A DNA stretch of 64,000 nt from NCBI RefSeq assembly GCF_009914755.1, contig NC_060929.1; one strand, 5' to 3'. The position numbers were made by a program, and so were the translations under genes. Positions within the stretch are counted from its first letter, which is position 1. Each line of letters begins with the position of its first letter. This DNA is from the human T2T-CHM13v2.0 reference genome, Homo sapiens. Positions 41,087 to 59,843 of this stretch are shown here, in pieces. Under the pieces are notes generated by a model. The model was not told the DNA's origin and did no database searches. It was given only the letters and a program-made list of their open reading frames with translations.

Positions 41087-44000
41087 CCTTCTGAAAGAGG
41101 AAGGAAAGCTGATTTCAATGATCATGTTTTAGAAGCAAGCAGCTAAATGGCAACCAGACTTTTAAAATGCCAAAGGTCATCAGTTCTCCTGTGAGTTATT
41201 ATGCAAAAAGAGTCATTGTTTCTTCTTTTACTTTGTGGCAGCATTATAAGGTCTCTTTCTGCTGCCCTAGTTTAATTTGAACCTGGCCTCTGAAGGCAGA
41301 TGTATATATGCAGGGACCCAGAAATGGAGCAGGACCCAGGAGGGACTTGATCCTGCCATAATACAGATTAAGGAAAATGTAGCTTCTGACCTCAAAAAAA
41401 AAAAAAAGGTTTGAAGGCTAGTCTTATTAATGATGATTCACTGCAAGTGAGATAAAACAACAGACAAATAGAATCCTAGAATCGTATAGCAAAAAGGGGC
41501 TTAAAAAAAAGATCATCTAGTCTGTTTGGCCATCTAAAAATGCTCCTCGAGTGTCTCACAGACAAGAAAACTAATTCCTTGGGTATAGGTCAGGCACGTG
41601 AGAGCATGATCATCATTCAAGAGTTTTATTCACCATGCAAAAAAGCAGGCAACGCTCCGAATGAAGGGTTGAAATAGCATGAATCCAGGGTCTGGAACAC
41701 TACCAAAGAGTTAATAAAGTGGCTAACAAAGAACAAACAGCTAAATGACCTACCTGGACCTGGTCAAGAGAAAAAGCTGAAATTACTACCTGCTGTAGAA
41801 ATATGACAAAATGTTACATTTACAAACCAAAGCAGTCTCAGAAAATGTAACAACCTTAGCTGTAAAGTGATGGGTTAACAATCTCCACTTTCACAAAGAA
41901 TAAAAAGTAACAGGCCAGAATAACAGTGATTTGAGCAATGCATGAATATTCAATTCTCCCTGTGATGAGAAGTTACATTAATGATGTGAGGATTTAACTG
42001 ACAAGCAAATGCTGAAAATGAAATCCTTAATGGAAAGAGAAATATTTTTCAGAAACCCATTGCAGATAATAAGTAAATTATTACCAACTTCAATAAAATA
42101 TGATGATGCACATGCAAACCTTTAATGTCTAACATTAGGCATTTCTAAAATACAGGTTTCAGAGAGATGAGCACCTTTGTTATGCTCCTTTTTTTTTTTA
42201 AAGTATCCACTTCTCCTCGAGATTTCTTTTAGCTACTAATAAAATTAAAGCTGTTAGAGTCTTAAAGGTATTCTTTACTTTTAAGGAATAAGGAAAAGTA
42301 GAGGCTTATCTTTCTTCCCCACTAATAAATACAATTTTTAAAGTAGTATGTGACTACAGTTTTTTGGATATGTCAATAAATGCATATTTATAAGTTATAG
42401 ATTAAATTTTACTAAGAAATAATATTTAGATTTCCATCAAGTCAGGTATAAAATAGAACTTATTTTATCACATTTTAAAAACAAAGGCGTTCAATTGTAT
42501 TCAATCATTAGGTGTTACGTTGTTGTTCTCAAGGACCAAAAAAAAAAGGCTTCTTGTTAACAGTGTTAGTTCACAGAGCAAAATGTATTTGGAATACATG
42601 GTGGGATGGCCCTTCTGGAGGAAATGCTCCAGCAGAGGACCATTTGTCAGCCAATTAGCAGTGTGAATTTGGGGAGAAAGTAATTCCTTTTTCATTACTG
42701 CTTTAGTGTTGGTCTATTAATGGGATAAAAGATAAATAAATAATTTTTAAAAAATTTAATCTCTCAGGATGAAAATCCAAAGATCCTACTAAAGGAGAAT
42801 GGAAAAGGAAGTCTGAGGTAAGGTCATTTCCAGTGTCTCTAACAAATAAACTAAAATGAAAGATCAGTTGGTCCAAAGAGGTGGAACCTTGGGAGCCCCA
42901 GGATTCAGAATTCTTGAGAGCTTTCTGGCTGCAACAGCCTTTAAAGCTCTGCAGATGTCTGATCAGAGTAGATTGTCCCTCTTCGCAGAGTGACCTAACA
43001 CGACTATTACCTCAGTGGAAGCCAAGGAAATTCACCATTGAACTCTTGAAATTATCGTCCTGATGCATCCCCCTGGAAATAATAATAGGGAAAAAGGAAG
43101 TACCAAAATCAATTGGAAAATATTTGTTTTTCTATCCTCATGTTCCCACATTCAGTTAACATGATTCTAATACCTCTGATAAACTTCAAGATAGGAAAAT
43201 TATCAAAAAATAAATTGTTTTAATACTGAATATGACAATGTTATGTTAGCATAATAATAGTTCTAAGAAGTCCTAAATTTTAAAAAGTCTACATATTTTA
43301 AATGAGTAATTTTTATTGTACACAAGTGTTCCACTGGACATACTTTGAGAAATATTGCCCTAAGTAATAAAAAATGACATGAATCTTCCTTTAAGCAAAA
43401 ATAGACCTAGGGTTTGCCTGCTAGATTTCTGTTTGCTCAGGATTTCCTCTGTCTTTCTACCGTGTCTTGTGATTTATAATGAAAAATGAGTTCTTCTTCT
43501 ACCAAAAATCAACTTAAATTAGTGAATGAAATTATAAAGGTGTTTAGTAACTTAGTTTTGACAGAGGTGAAAGCTAAATTAAAATGCTAAATGTTAGTGG
43601 AAAGGGAAATGTGGTCAACGTACACAGGACATGACAAGAACTGGACTAAAAGGTGTCCTCCCGGTTTACAGCCCATTATATTAACCTCGCACACAGTCCC
43701 AGCCACAGGCCCACTTCTCTTCATGATTCTCCAACCCTCCTGTTCATCCTCTCCATTATCCTATACTCTTGGAACTCCTGACTTCTCAAACATTTCCCTT
43801 TTCCCCACCTTTTTTTTGGATTTTACTTTCCTGGATAGATGTTCTGATAATGAACAGTTGCTCCCCCTCAAACGTCAACCACCACCCCACCACCCTGTTC
43901 TTGGATTCGGATCCTGTCCTTAATGTTAAGATTCACACTTCCCACTTCTCTTGATTCATCAGAAGAAATCAAACAGATCACCCAGACTCTAAACTGCTCA

Positions 44001-47000
44001 TCTATACCTCATTCTTCACACTAGATTCACTGACTCATCGTCTCTTTAATAAATGCTCCTATATTTATGTTCTTATATCACTAGGGAATTACACAAATGA
44101 ACATTGGGACATAAGACCTTCAAATAAAAAGTGCTTATATTCTGTAAGTAAATTTTGTGTTACTGAAAATGAGGTCCTCTTATTTATTGTAGTTTCTAAC
44201 ATACATGGACAGAGGGGAGGGGTGGAAATGAATGGGCAGCTTTTCCCCAATTATGAAAAATACAAATCACTAATTCAAGAATTTAAAAAACTCAGGTATT
44301 CTTTAGAAAAGGTGGGGAAAGGGAAGTAATGAGCAACAGAACTCAAGGAAACAAACTGTGGGGAAAATAGATAATTTAGCATAACCTTACAGAAATCCAA
44401 ATCACCTTACAATCTCTCTCTCTCTCTCTGTCTCTCTCTCTCTCTGTCTGCAGTCAATCTATAGTCTTCTTTTTCTATCTAGAGACAAGATTTGGGGTAC
44501 CACGAATATTTTTTATTTTAGTCTCATGATTTTTATGTATATGATGCTTCCTGCCAAATAGTTGAGCCATTAGAATTACACATCTAGCCTGTAACACTGT
44601 GTGTTGTCCTTTAGTTGACCGTCTGCACCAATGAAAGGCACTGTTGTTAAGACATGTCCCTTTGCCCTTGTGGTTACCATTTTACTCCAAACGATTTCCA
44701 AGGGTGAAGCTATTATATTACTTCAGCTACTGTATTCACCCTATTGAGTCATATTTTGGCTACAAGCCTAATAAGAGGCAGAGTCAATACTGAATTCAGA
44801 TGAATTTATGCATCTATATTTTTTAAAGATACTTTTATAACAAGGAACTACTGCCTATTAAAAGCAATGTAATTGACAATTATGATATCAAAATAATGTA
44901 ACACACTGGTCACTTGATTTAAGTAGCACATTAAGAGAAAAAACATTCTTATGTAAATTTCTTTTAATCTGTCATTGATTTTAACATAAATTCAGATATG
45001 TATTTTGGTGGCAAAAATTTGGCCTTTGTATGTAGTATGTGTTATAAGTAAAAATGGGATTTGTATAAAATCAAATATTTAAAATAAAAAATAACATTTT
45101 TGATTAAAAACTATGCAAACCTTCAAAATTATAATAATGTAATAAACACAAAGATAAAACAAAAACAAATAAAATATACTATACTAGAAACTAAAAATAC
45201 ATGTCATGTGCTTCATATGATGCTGCTTCTATAGAGAAAGTAAGTTCTAATTCTCAAGTATTCTACTTTCTACAAATCTCAAAGAACTTCAACACTTGAG
45301 ACAAATGTTTTAATTTTTATTTGCACAGTAAACACAAACTGAAGAAATGTGTCTCTCTCTAAGCATTTGCATTGAATAGTCCTTGGAATAACTGCTTCTA
45401 TCTTGGTGTGTTACCTTGGACAATTCATTTTAAATTTCTGGTCTCAGTTTCTTCATTTATACAGTAAAAAATAACAGGAAGCATAGAGTTCAGTGGTTTT
45501 TATGGTTTCTTCAAGATGCTTCAGAAACAGCAAGAAAGAAATTGAATTTTATTTCTATTAAATATTGGTCCCACACAGGGATACCATGAAAAACTGAGTT
45601 AGGGTTTTAACAGATCCTCCCAAAAAAAACATTTTAAGTAACTATACAATCTAAGTAGAAATAGTATGCTTACTATGCAAACACAGCCTCAAGACAAGTC
45701 CCTTGGCCAAAACATACAGGTTGTTGCCTCCAAATCTCTTCAATATAGAAATTCTCAAGCCACCACTAAATCCACTACTTCATTTTTTAAAGTTTTGTTT
45801 TGTTCAATTTTTTTAATGACTAGTATAACCAAAAGAAAATGGGTTTTGTGGTTAGACAAATTGGGGTTCAAATCCCCAGTCTGCTTTCTATGAAACCCTG
45901 GACAGGTTTTTCAATATTTCAGAGCTTTGGTTTTCTCATTTTAAAACAGATAATAATACCTACCTTACAATGTCACTGGGGTAATAAATAAAATACTGCA
46001 TATAACTCAAATGTTAAAGATTGGATGGCTTTCTTTGGACTATAAACTTTCTGATAACTCCCCAGTTCTTTGAGTGGCACCCCTAAGAATTATAGTAATT
46101 CTTGAGGCAATTACACACATTGTTATCCTTTGCCTTTGTGCCTCTATCTTCCTCAGATATTACCTCTGCTTCACTCCACATGAAAATCAATATTCTTTTA
46201 GTTTTCACAGGCATTCATAAGTAAAAATGTGATTACATAAGGTAGTTCATATATTTGTCTCTCTTCCTAGTTTCCTCTCCCTATGTGCCTTTCCATTCAT
46301 TTCTCCAGGATTGGCCTGACAATTCTAAATTTTTCTTCCTCATTATGAAGAACAATTTCTTTTGATGTAAAGCTTTGGCAATAGATATCATTCGTATCCT
46401 GATGGTAGAGACCTCACCTAATTCACATATTGCCCTTGTATTATTTTCAACAGCTACAGAAAACATATTTCTAGAAAGTTTTAGCATTGTGATTATCTCC
46501 TCAATATTTATTCCATCAATTTTTTTATATTTAGTAGTCGTGCTGTTTAGGTTTAGTTAAGCCTTATTACTCAAAGTGTGTTCCAAAGGCCATCCACTGT
46601 CAACATCACCTGGAAACTCATTAAAAAAGCAAAATCTCAGGGTCCATTCCAGAATAATGAGCTCGAGCCACAGGTAACTTCATCTCTCTTGCCACACAAT
46701 CTTCAAAAGTTCACACAACTCAAGCCTAAGCCACTCACACTTATAAATTCCTAGTCTCAGGAATCAGTTTAAGATGTGTAAAACCTTAAGACTGTCCAAT
46801 CAGTGATGCTTATGATTTGTGTTTTGTGTTTGTAAACACAGACTTTTTCTTTCCCCACCACACCATCCCTCAAATATGCATAAGGAAGTATGGCTCTCTG
46901 GTTGCTCTATGAAGCCACATTGTAATAGTGAAGCAACAAGCCTGAGGACAAATCTTATATAAAGAGGGTCTCATAAGTCTCAGAGAAATGGAAACAACTG

Positions 47001-47071
47001 TGATGAACTGCCCTCTGAAGCTCATTCTACCTTTCCACAACATAACCAAACTAATTCAGATTATTTTTTGA

Positions 47072-47165
47072 GGCTAGCTGGAAAAACTATGGCCTATAGG
47101 CCAAATCTAGTTTGTATTGTTGTAATCTAAAGAATTATTTTTAATTCTAAAAAGATGTAGAAAGA
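47072..47165 (+). mobile_element. 5' part of MER58C-like MITE
   Basis: aaactatggcctataggccaaatctag...ctaaagaattattttta matches the MER58B/C 5' half. Confidence 0.6.
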
Positions 47166-50031
47166 CATGAGAAGAGTTCAAAAAGATGACAGAGTAGGAA
47201 GCACCAGAAATCTGTTCCCCCACCTGGAAAACAATTGCATTGACAGAATTTGTCTAATATAACTAGTTTGGAACTGTAGAATCTATTGAAGAATTATAAC
47301 TTCCAGAATAAGGCTTGAAGACAAATTGCTGTTGATTTGGGTCTGTTTCAGCTCTTATCACAGTAGCAGGTACCAATCCCCCACCCTCAGCCCCACAGCA
47401 GGCAGTTGTGTACCTATTCCTGAATCAACAAGTACAGAGCTTGTAGGAGCCAGAGTGAGCAAAAAGTGTCCCATCCTCCAAATATCAGGAATCTGTGCTC
47501 TGATTACTGATTGCTGCTTCTATTACAGAGGTGCAGACAAAGGGGTAGGTGGCCATTATTATTGCATCTCCCCCAGTTGCTACAAGCCCTTCAATCCTCC
47601 AGCTGAAAGGACTTCCAGGGGATTTAAAGGGCCAACACCCTTTCTCTCCTCTCACTTTTCCCTTTTTCCTTTTTTGGGAGCCAGATATTAAGGACCAGGA
47701 CATTCAAAAACAACTGCATATATGGGGGAAGTAGAAGGTGACCATGCATGCCCAGGGAAAGGCACAGACTCAGAAAAGACCTGAGAAGACCTTAAGTTCA
47801 CACCTCAGGCTTATCCTTAGCACACAGACTGCCTTCAACAATCAAAAAATAAAAATAAAAATAAAACTAACAAAATTAACAAAAAAACGGCAAACTCTAG
47901 AGAAGGAAGAGAATCTGATTTAAAGAGTTAGCACATTATTAGATTCAAATGTCCAGTTTTCTACAAAAAATCATGGGCACATAAAGAAACAGGAAAATAT
48001 GGCCCATTCAAAGAATAAATCAATCAATCAACAGAAACTGTCCCTGAAAAGGGGCTAATGGCAGATTTACTAGACAAACACTTTAAAACAATAAAGATAG
48101 TCAAAAAACTAAAGGAGATGTGCAGAAAGTCAAGAAAATGATGAGTGAACAAAATGGAAATATCAATGAAGAGTTAAATAACCTAAAAAAAAAACAAAAA
48201 GAAATTCTGGAGCTGAATATTATAATAATTGAAATGAAAATTTCCCTAGAGGTATTCAAAGGCAGATTTGAACAGACAGAAAAAGGAATCAGTAAACATA
48301 AGGCTAGGACAATGAAATTACTAAGTCAGACAAACAGAAAGAAAAAAGATTGAGGAAAAGTGAACGGAGCCTAAGGAACCTATAGTACAGCATTAAGCAG
48401 ACTAACATATGTATTGTGGGAGTCCCAGGGGAAGAGAGAAAGAAAACAGCTGAGAAAATATTTGAAGAAATAATAGTTGAAAACTTCTCAAATTTGATGA
48501 AAGACATAAATATGAATATAAACATCCAAGAAGCTCAATAAACTCCAAGTATGGTGAGCTCAAAAAGATCCACATCAAGACACATATAAGCAAACTTTTG
48601 AAAGACAAATAATCTTGAAAGTAGCAAGAGAGAAGCAATTGATCATATATAAGGGATGCCCAATAAGATAACCAGCAGATTTCTTATGGGGAACTTTGAA
48701 GGCCAGAGGCAGTGGGCTACCACTTTCAAAGTACTAAAAGAAAAAACTGTCAGCCAAGAATTACATATATGGCAAAACTGTCTTTCAAAATTGAGGGAAT
48801 AATGAGAACATTCCCAGATAAAAAAAAGCCAAGGGAGTTCATTACCACTAGACCTATGCTATAAGAGATGCTCAAGGGAGTCCTACAGGGTGAAGTGAAA
48901 GGCCAGTAGACATTAACTCAAAGCCATATGAAGAAATAAAGATCTCAATAAAGATAAATACATGAGAAATTATAAAAGCTAGTACTATTGCAACAATGAT
49001 TTGTAACTTCACTTTTTGTTCTCTACAGTAACAATATTTAAAAGACATGCTTTTAAAAAAATTATTAGTCTAACATCTAATATTACTGTAACTTTTATTT
49101 GCAACAACTACACATTCTGTTTTCTACATTTTTTAAGAGAGTAATGCATTTAAAATAAGTAACTATGTTTTGGAGCACACAATGTATAAAGATATAATTT
49201 GGTGACAAGAACTAAAAGGGAGGGAAACATGAGTGGTAAAGAAGCAGAGTTTTTGTATATGAATGAAGTTAAACTGATATAAATTCAAATTAGACTATCA
49301 CAACTTTAGTCTATTAAATGTAATCCCCAAGTTAATCATGAAGGAAATAAATACAGAATATACAAAAGAAAATGAGAGAATAATTTAAACATAAGAATTT
49401 AAATGTTTTACTACAAAAAAATTAAACAGAAAAGAAGACAATAATGCAGGAAGTGAGGGACAAAACCAAAAGGCATGTAGAAAACATATAACAAATGACA
49501 GAAATATATGATACAAACATATATGGCATGGTGAAAACAAATAGCAAAATGACAGAAATAAGTCCCTCCTAATCAGTAATAATGTTAAATGTAAATGTAT
49601 TAAACTCTTCGTACAAAAGACAGATTGACAGAATTTCTAAACTTTTATGATCAAACTATATGCTGTTTATAAAAGACTCACTCGTTTTAGATCTTAAGAC
49701 AAAAGAGACTGAAAGTGAAAGGATGGGAAAAGATACTTCATATAACTAGTAACTAAAAGAGACTAAATGTGGCCATGTTAATATTGGACAAAATAGACAA
49801 AATGAGACAAAGCAAAAATATTATATATTAATAAAAGTTTTAATACAATAAGAAAATATAACAATTATAAACATTTATGCACCTAATAACAGGCTTTCAA
49901 AATATATGATGCAAAAACTGACAGAATTTAAAGGAGAGATATAAAGTTCTACATATTTTAATAACTTACTCTCAAGACTGGATAGAACAACCAGGAAAAA
50001 AAGTAAATAAAAGAAATAACTTAAACAATAA

Positions 50032-50601
<570 letters not shown>

Positions 50602-50878
50602 TAAAACAGAAAAATTCATAAATTTTTGGATATTAAACAATGCACTCAACTCATAATATTGTTGTTAATCATTATTAAACAAGAATGGATCAAAGAAGAA
50701 ATCAGAAGGGAAATTAGAAAATACCTAGAGATGGCAACAACAAAAACCTTACATCAAAATTTACAGCAAAAGTGGTGCTGAGGGAAAAATTTATACCTAT
50801 AAATGCTTGTATTTGAAAAAACAAAGATTTCAAATAAACAACCTACCTTTACAACTTAAGAAACTAGAAGATAGTATA

Positions 50879-51783
50879 GGGAGGAGCCAAGATGGCAGAA
50901 TAGGAACCGCTCCAATCTACAGCTCCCAGCCTGAGCGACGCAGAAGACAGGTGATTTCTGCATTTCCATCTGAGGTATCGGGTTCATCTCGCTAGGGAGT
51001 GCCAAACAGTGGGCGCAGGTCAGTGGGTGCGCCCACCGTGCCGGAGCCGAAGCAGGGCGAGGCATTGCCTCACTCGGGAAGCGCAAGGGGTCAGGGAGTT
51101 CCCTTTCCCAGTCAAAGAAAGGGGTGATGGACGGCACCTGGAAAATCGGGTCACTCCCACCCGAATACTGCGCTTTTCCAACGGACTTAAAAAAGCGGCG
51201 CACAATGAGATTATATCCTGCACCTGGCTCGGAGGGTCCTAGCCCACGGAGTCTCGCTGATTGCTAGCACAGCAGTCTGAGATCAAACTGCAAGGCGGCA
51301 GCGAGGCTGGGGGAGGGGCGCCCGCCATTGCCCAGGCTTGCTGAGGTAAACAAAGCAGCCGGGAAGCTCGAACTGGGTGGAGCCCACCACAGCTCAAGGA
51401 GGCCTGCCTGCCTCTGTAGGCTCCACCTCTGGGGGCAGGGCACAGACAAACAAAAAGACAGCAGTAACCTCTGCAGACTTAAATGTCCCTGTCTGACAGC
51501 TTTGAAGAGAGCAGGGGTTCTCCCAGTACGCAGCTGGAGATCTGAGAACGGGCAGACTGCCTCCTCAAGTGGGTCCCTGACCCCTGACCCCCGAGCAGCC
51601 TAACTGGGAGGCACCCTCCAGCAGGGGCACACTGACACCTCACACTGCAGGGTACTCCAACAGACCTGCAGCTGAGGGTCCTGTCTGTTAGAAGGAAAAC
51701 TAACAAACAGAAAGGACATCCAAACCAAAAACCCATCTGTACATCACCATCATCAAAGACCAAAAGTAGATAAAACCACAAAG
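50879..51783 (+). promoter_or_regulatory. L1 5'UTR with sense and antisense promoters
   Basis: CpG-rich; YY1-site core AAGATGGC at 50889-50896 (next base A rather than C). Promoter function is known for the family, not shown for this copy. Confidence 0.75.
51239..51328 (-). pseudogene. L1 ORF0, truncated to 29 aa
   Basis: Translates MAGAPPPASLPPCSLISDCCASNQRDSVG then TAG, owing to a 1-nt deletion (gtcctagccc vs recalled gtcctacgccc). Confidence 0.8.
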
Positions 51784-52800
51784 ATGGGGAAAAAACAGAA
51801 CAGAAGAACTGGAAACTCTAAAAATCAGAGCGCCTCTCCTCCTCCAAAGGAACGCAGCTCCTCACCAGCAGCAGAACAAAGCTGGACAGAGAATGACTTT
51901 GACGAGCTGAGAGAAGAAGGCTTCAGACGATCAAATTACTCTGAGCTATGGGAGGACATTCAAACCAAAGGCAAAGAAGTTGAAAACTTTGAAAAAAATT
52001 TAGAAGAATGTATAACTAGAATAACCAATACAGAGAAGTGCTTAAAGGAGCTGATGGAGCTGAAAACCAAGACTCGAGAACTACATGAAGAATGCAGAAG
52101 CCTCAGGAGCCGATGCGATCAACTGGAAGAAAGGGTATCAGCAATGGAAGAGGAAATGAATGAAATGAAGTGAGAAGGAAAGTTTAGAGAAAAAAGAATA
52201 AAAAGAAATGAGCAAAGCCTCCAAGAAATATGGGACTATGTGAAAAGACCAAATCTACGTCTGATTGGTGTACCTGAAAGTGATGGGGAGAATGGAACCA
52301 AGTTGGAAAACACTCTGCAGGATATTATCCAGGAGAATTTCCCCAATCTAGCAAGGCAGGCCAACGTTCAGATTCAGGAAATACAGAGAGCGCCACAAAG
52401 ATACTCCTCGAGAAGAGCAACTCCAAGACACATAATTGTCAGATTCACCAAAGTTGAAATGAAGGAAAAAATGTTAAGGGCAGCCAGAGAGAAAGTTCGG
52501 GTTACCCTCAAAGGGAAGCCCATCAGACTAACAGTGGATCTCTCGGCAGAAACCCTACAAGCCAGAAGAGAGTGGGGGCCAATATTCAACATTCTTAAAG
52601 AAAAGAATTTTCAACCCAGAATTTCATATCCAGCCAAACTAAGCTTCATAAGTGAAGGAGAAATAAAATACTTTACAGACAAGCAAATGCTGAGAGTTTT
52701 TGTCACCACCAGGCCTGCCCTAAAAGAGCTCCTGAAGGAAGCGCTAAACATGGAAAGGAACAACCGGTACCAGCCGCTGCAAAATCATGCCAAAATGTAA
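51784..52800 (+). pseudogene. L1 ORF1p with premature stop
   Basis: MGKKQNR...QNHAKM; in-frame TGA at 52171-52173 (CGA>TGA type); REKG motif reads REKV; ARR and YPAKLS intact. Confidence 0.95.
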
Positions 52801-52848
52801 AGACCATCAAGACTAGGAAGAAACTGCATCAACTAACGAGCAAAATAA

Positions 52849-56704
<3,856 letters not shown>

Positions 56705-57443
56705 ACAATGAGATCACATGGACACAGGAAGGGGAACATCACACTCTGGGGACTGTTGTGGGGTGGGTGGAGGGGGGGAGGGATAGCATTGGGAGATATA
56801 CCTAATGCTAGATGACAAGTTAGTGGGTGCAGCACACCAGCATGGCACATGTATACATATGTAACTAACCTGCGCAATGTGCACATGTACCCTAAAACTT
56901 ATAGTATAATAAAAAAAAATTTAAAAAAAAAGAAACTAGAAAAAGACGAACAAACTAAGCTCAAACCTAGCAAAAGGAAGAAAATAAAAAAGATTAGATC
57001 GGAGATAATTAAAATAGATAATAGAAAAAAAATAGAGAAAACCAATGAAACCAAAAGTTGATTATTTGAAAAGATATAAAAAGATAGACTAAGAAAAAGA
57101 GAGAAGGATCAAATTACTAAAACCAGAAATGAAAGTGTAAATGTTAATACCAACTCTACAAAAGTAAAAAGGATTTATAAGAAAGTACTATAAACAACTG
57201 TACATCAGGAAATTGGATAACCTAGATGAAATGGACCAATTCCTGGCAACACAAAACCTACTAAGACTAAATTATGAAGAAATAAAACATATAAATAGAC
57301 CTGTAACTACTAAGGAAATTGAATTAGTAATCAAAAATCTCCTGACAAAGAAAAACCCTGAACCTGATGTTTACAGTAGTGAATTCTACCAAACATTTTT
57401 TAAAAAACTAATACCAGCTCTTCTCAAACTTGTCCAAAAAATT

Positions 57444-57939
57444 TTCCCCCTCAATCAACAACTAGAATTTCCCCCAAAATCAAGGATGGGGAAGTTCTCA
57501 CAAGGGCATGCCTCAGATCACCCCAAAATTTGGCCAGTTGGAATTCTAAAGAAAGAAGCATTAAATGCCAGGCTGATAAATTCAAAGCATTTATTAGGGG
57601 AACTTAGTACAGAGAGCTGCAGCAATCTTCACTGCAGACAGTGAGAGGAAAGGGGTATTCTACTTGAGTATATGTCCAAAGCATGGAGATCAGGATATGG
57701 AGTTTATATGAGGGTTTAAGGAATTTGGCTCAGGGTCAAGACTAGCTTCTTTCAGTGTTTTTGGCAACATCCTAGATACTTCTATTAGTGCCTAGGAATA
57801 CTCTAGGCTTCTGGTTGTATTCAAGCCTGCTGGAGAAAACCTGAAGCTGTGTGGATCACAAAGTGGTCCAGGTTCCCTGTCATTTGCAATCAGGACACAA
57901 AAAGGAAGTGGGAAGGAAGAAGAATTGGGGGATTCCACA
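57444..57939 (-). mobile_element. Solo LTR, probably ERVL class (LTR47-like)
   Basis: Interrupts L1MB ORF2 between ccaaaaaatt and gaagaggaagg. Minus strand starts TGTGGAATCCCCC, with TATAAA (~57703-57708) and AATAAA (57590-57595). Imperfect 5-bp TSD aaatt/aaact. Family name uncertain. Confidence 0.7.
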
Positions 57940-58560
57940 AAACTGAAGAGGAAGGAACACTTCCTAACTAATTTCATGAGGCCAGCATTACTTTGATACC
58001 AAAGTCAGACCAAGAGACTACAACACTGTAGACTAATATCCCTTATGAACACTGATGCAAAACTTCTCAACAAAATATGTTCAAACTGAATTCAGCAGCA
58101 TGTTAAAAGGATTATATGTCATGCCAAGTGGGATTTATTCCTGGGATGGAAGGATGGTTCAACATACTAAAATCAATCAATATACTACATCACATTAACA
58201 AAATGAAGAAAAAATGATCATTTCAATTGATACAGAAAAAGAATTTGACAAAATTCAACAGCATTTCATGATAAAAATAATAAACTAGGAATAGAAGAAA
58301 ATTAATAAACATAATAAAAACTATGTATGAAACCTAATGAAAGCTATGTATGAAAACTCCACAAAAAACATCATACTCAATGGTGAAAAAATGAAAGATT
58401 TTCCTCTAAGATCTGCAACAAGGCAAAGATGTTCAACTTCACCACTTCTATCCAACATAGTACTGAAAGTTCCAGCCAGAGCAATTAGGTAAGAAAATAA
58501 AATAAAAGACATACAAATGGAAAAATTAAGAAGTGAGATTATCTCTGCCCACAGATGGTA

Positions 58561-59843
58561 CTACAGGACTTTTTAGAGCACATGGAAAAAAAATGAAATT
58601 AAAAGATAAAAATAAGGAATATAAACTGTATTTCTCAACATAAACTCCACCAAATAAAAGTCACTTTTGTAAATGATAATAATAGCCATTTAGTCCATCC
58701 TTATATCACTGAGGGCCCAAGGAATTTAACCATGTAAATGCCTTCATTTTTCAACTATTAACTAGAGAAAAGTAAAGGCCTTTTAAAGATTTATTAATAA
58801 TAAGACATAAAAAGAAGTCAGAAGGGGCCAAATCAGGACTGTCAGGTGGATGCCTCATGATTTCCTATCAAAACTCTCACAAAATTGTCCTTGTTTGATA
58901 AGAAGAATGAGTAGAAGCATTGTTGTGATGATGAAGGACTCTCTGATAAAGATTTCCTGGGTGTTTCTCTGCTTAATCTTTGGCTAACCTTATCCAAAAA
59001 AACTCTCAAAATAAGCAGATGTTATTGTTCTTTGACCCTCCAGAAAGTCAACAAGCAAAATTCCTTAAACAGTCCCAAAAAACATTGTCATGGCCCTCGC
59101 TCTTGACTGACCTGCTTTTGCCTTAACTGGATCACTTCCATTTCTTGACAGTCATTGTTTTGATTGTGCTATGTCTTCAGGATCATACTGGGAAAGTCAT
59201 GTTTCACCTCCTGTTATAATTATTTGAAGGAATCCTTCAAGACCTTGATCCCACACATTTTAAATTTCCATTGAAAGCTCTGCTTTTGTCTGCAGCTGAT
59301 CTGAGTGCAACAGTTTTGGTACCCATTAAGTGGAAAGTTGCTCACCTATAATTTTGGGGGTCAGAATTGTGTAAGCTGAACCAACTGAGATTTCCATGGA
59401 GTTGGCTATTGCTGTATCCTCTTCAATTAGGGCAAAGGCAAGATGAATTGTTTTTCTCATAAATTGGTGTGGATGGTCTGCCGCTGAAGGCTTCTTCTTG
59501 AACATCATTTTGTCTCTTCTTCAAACTAGTTGTTCATTTGTAAATTGCTAATTTCCTTGGGACACCGTTCCTGTAAACTTTTCTAAAGCATCAGTGATTT
59601 CACCATTCTTCCAACCAAGTTTCACCATAAATTTGACATTTATTCTTGCTTCAATTTCAGCAGCATTCATGTTGCTCTGATAGGAGCTTTTTACAAATTT
59701 ATCTTATCCCCTTAGCACCTCAGACTAGAGCCTGTTCAGGCACATTATAACAAGGTAGTTTATTTTGGTGGAAAAGTATTTTGAAAACCATGCGTAGTTT
59801 TTCCATCATGTGCATTTTCTATGAACTTTTTGAAGACACATCA
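58561..59843 (-). mobile_element. Full-length HSMAR2 mariner DNA transposon
   Basis: About 1.28 kb; decayed TIRs (right end reads tcttcaaaaagttcatagaaaatg on minus); TA at 58559-58560. Confidence 0.92.
58628..59670 (-). pseudogene. HSMAR2 transposase remnant
   Basis: Reads MNAAEIEARINVKFMVKLGWKNGEITDAL..., ...ISVGSAYTILT..., HPPDSPDLAPSDFF (mariner YSPDLAP motif), ...GVYVEK; frameshifted. Confidence 0.9.

Noticed and set aside
51264-51449. 61-aa antisense ORF in the L1 5'UTR taken as ORF0
   Set aside because: Wrong frame; true ORF0 starts at 51328 (MAGAPPP) and is truncated here.
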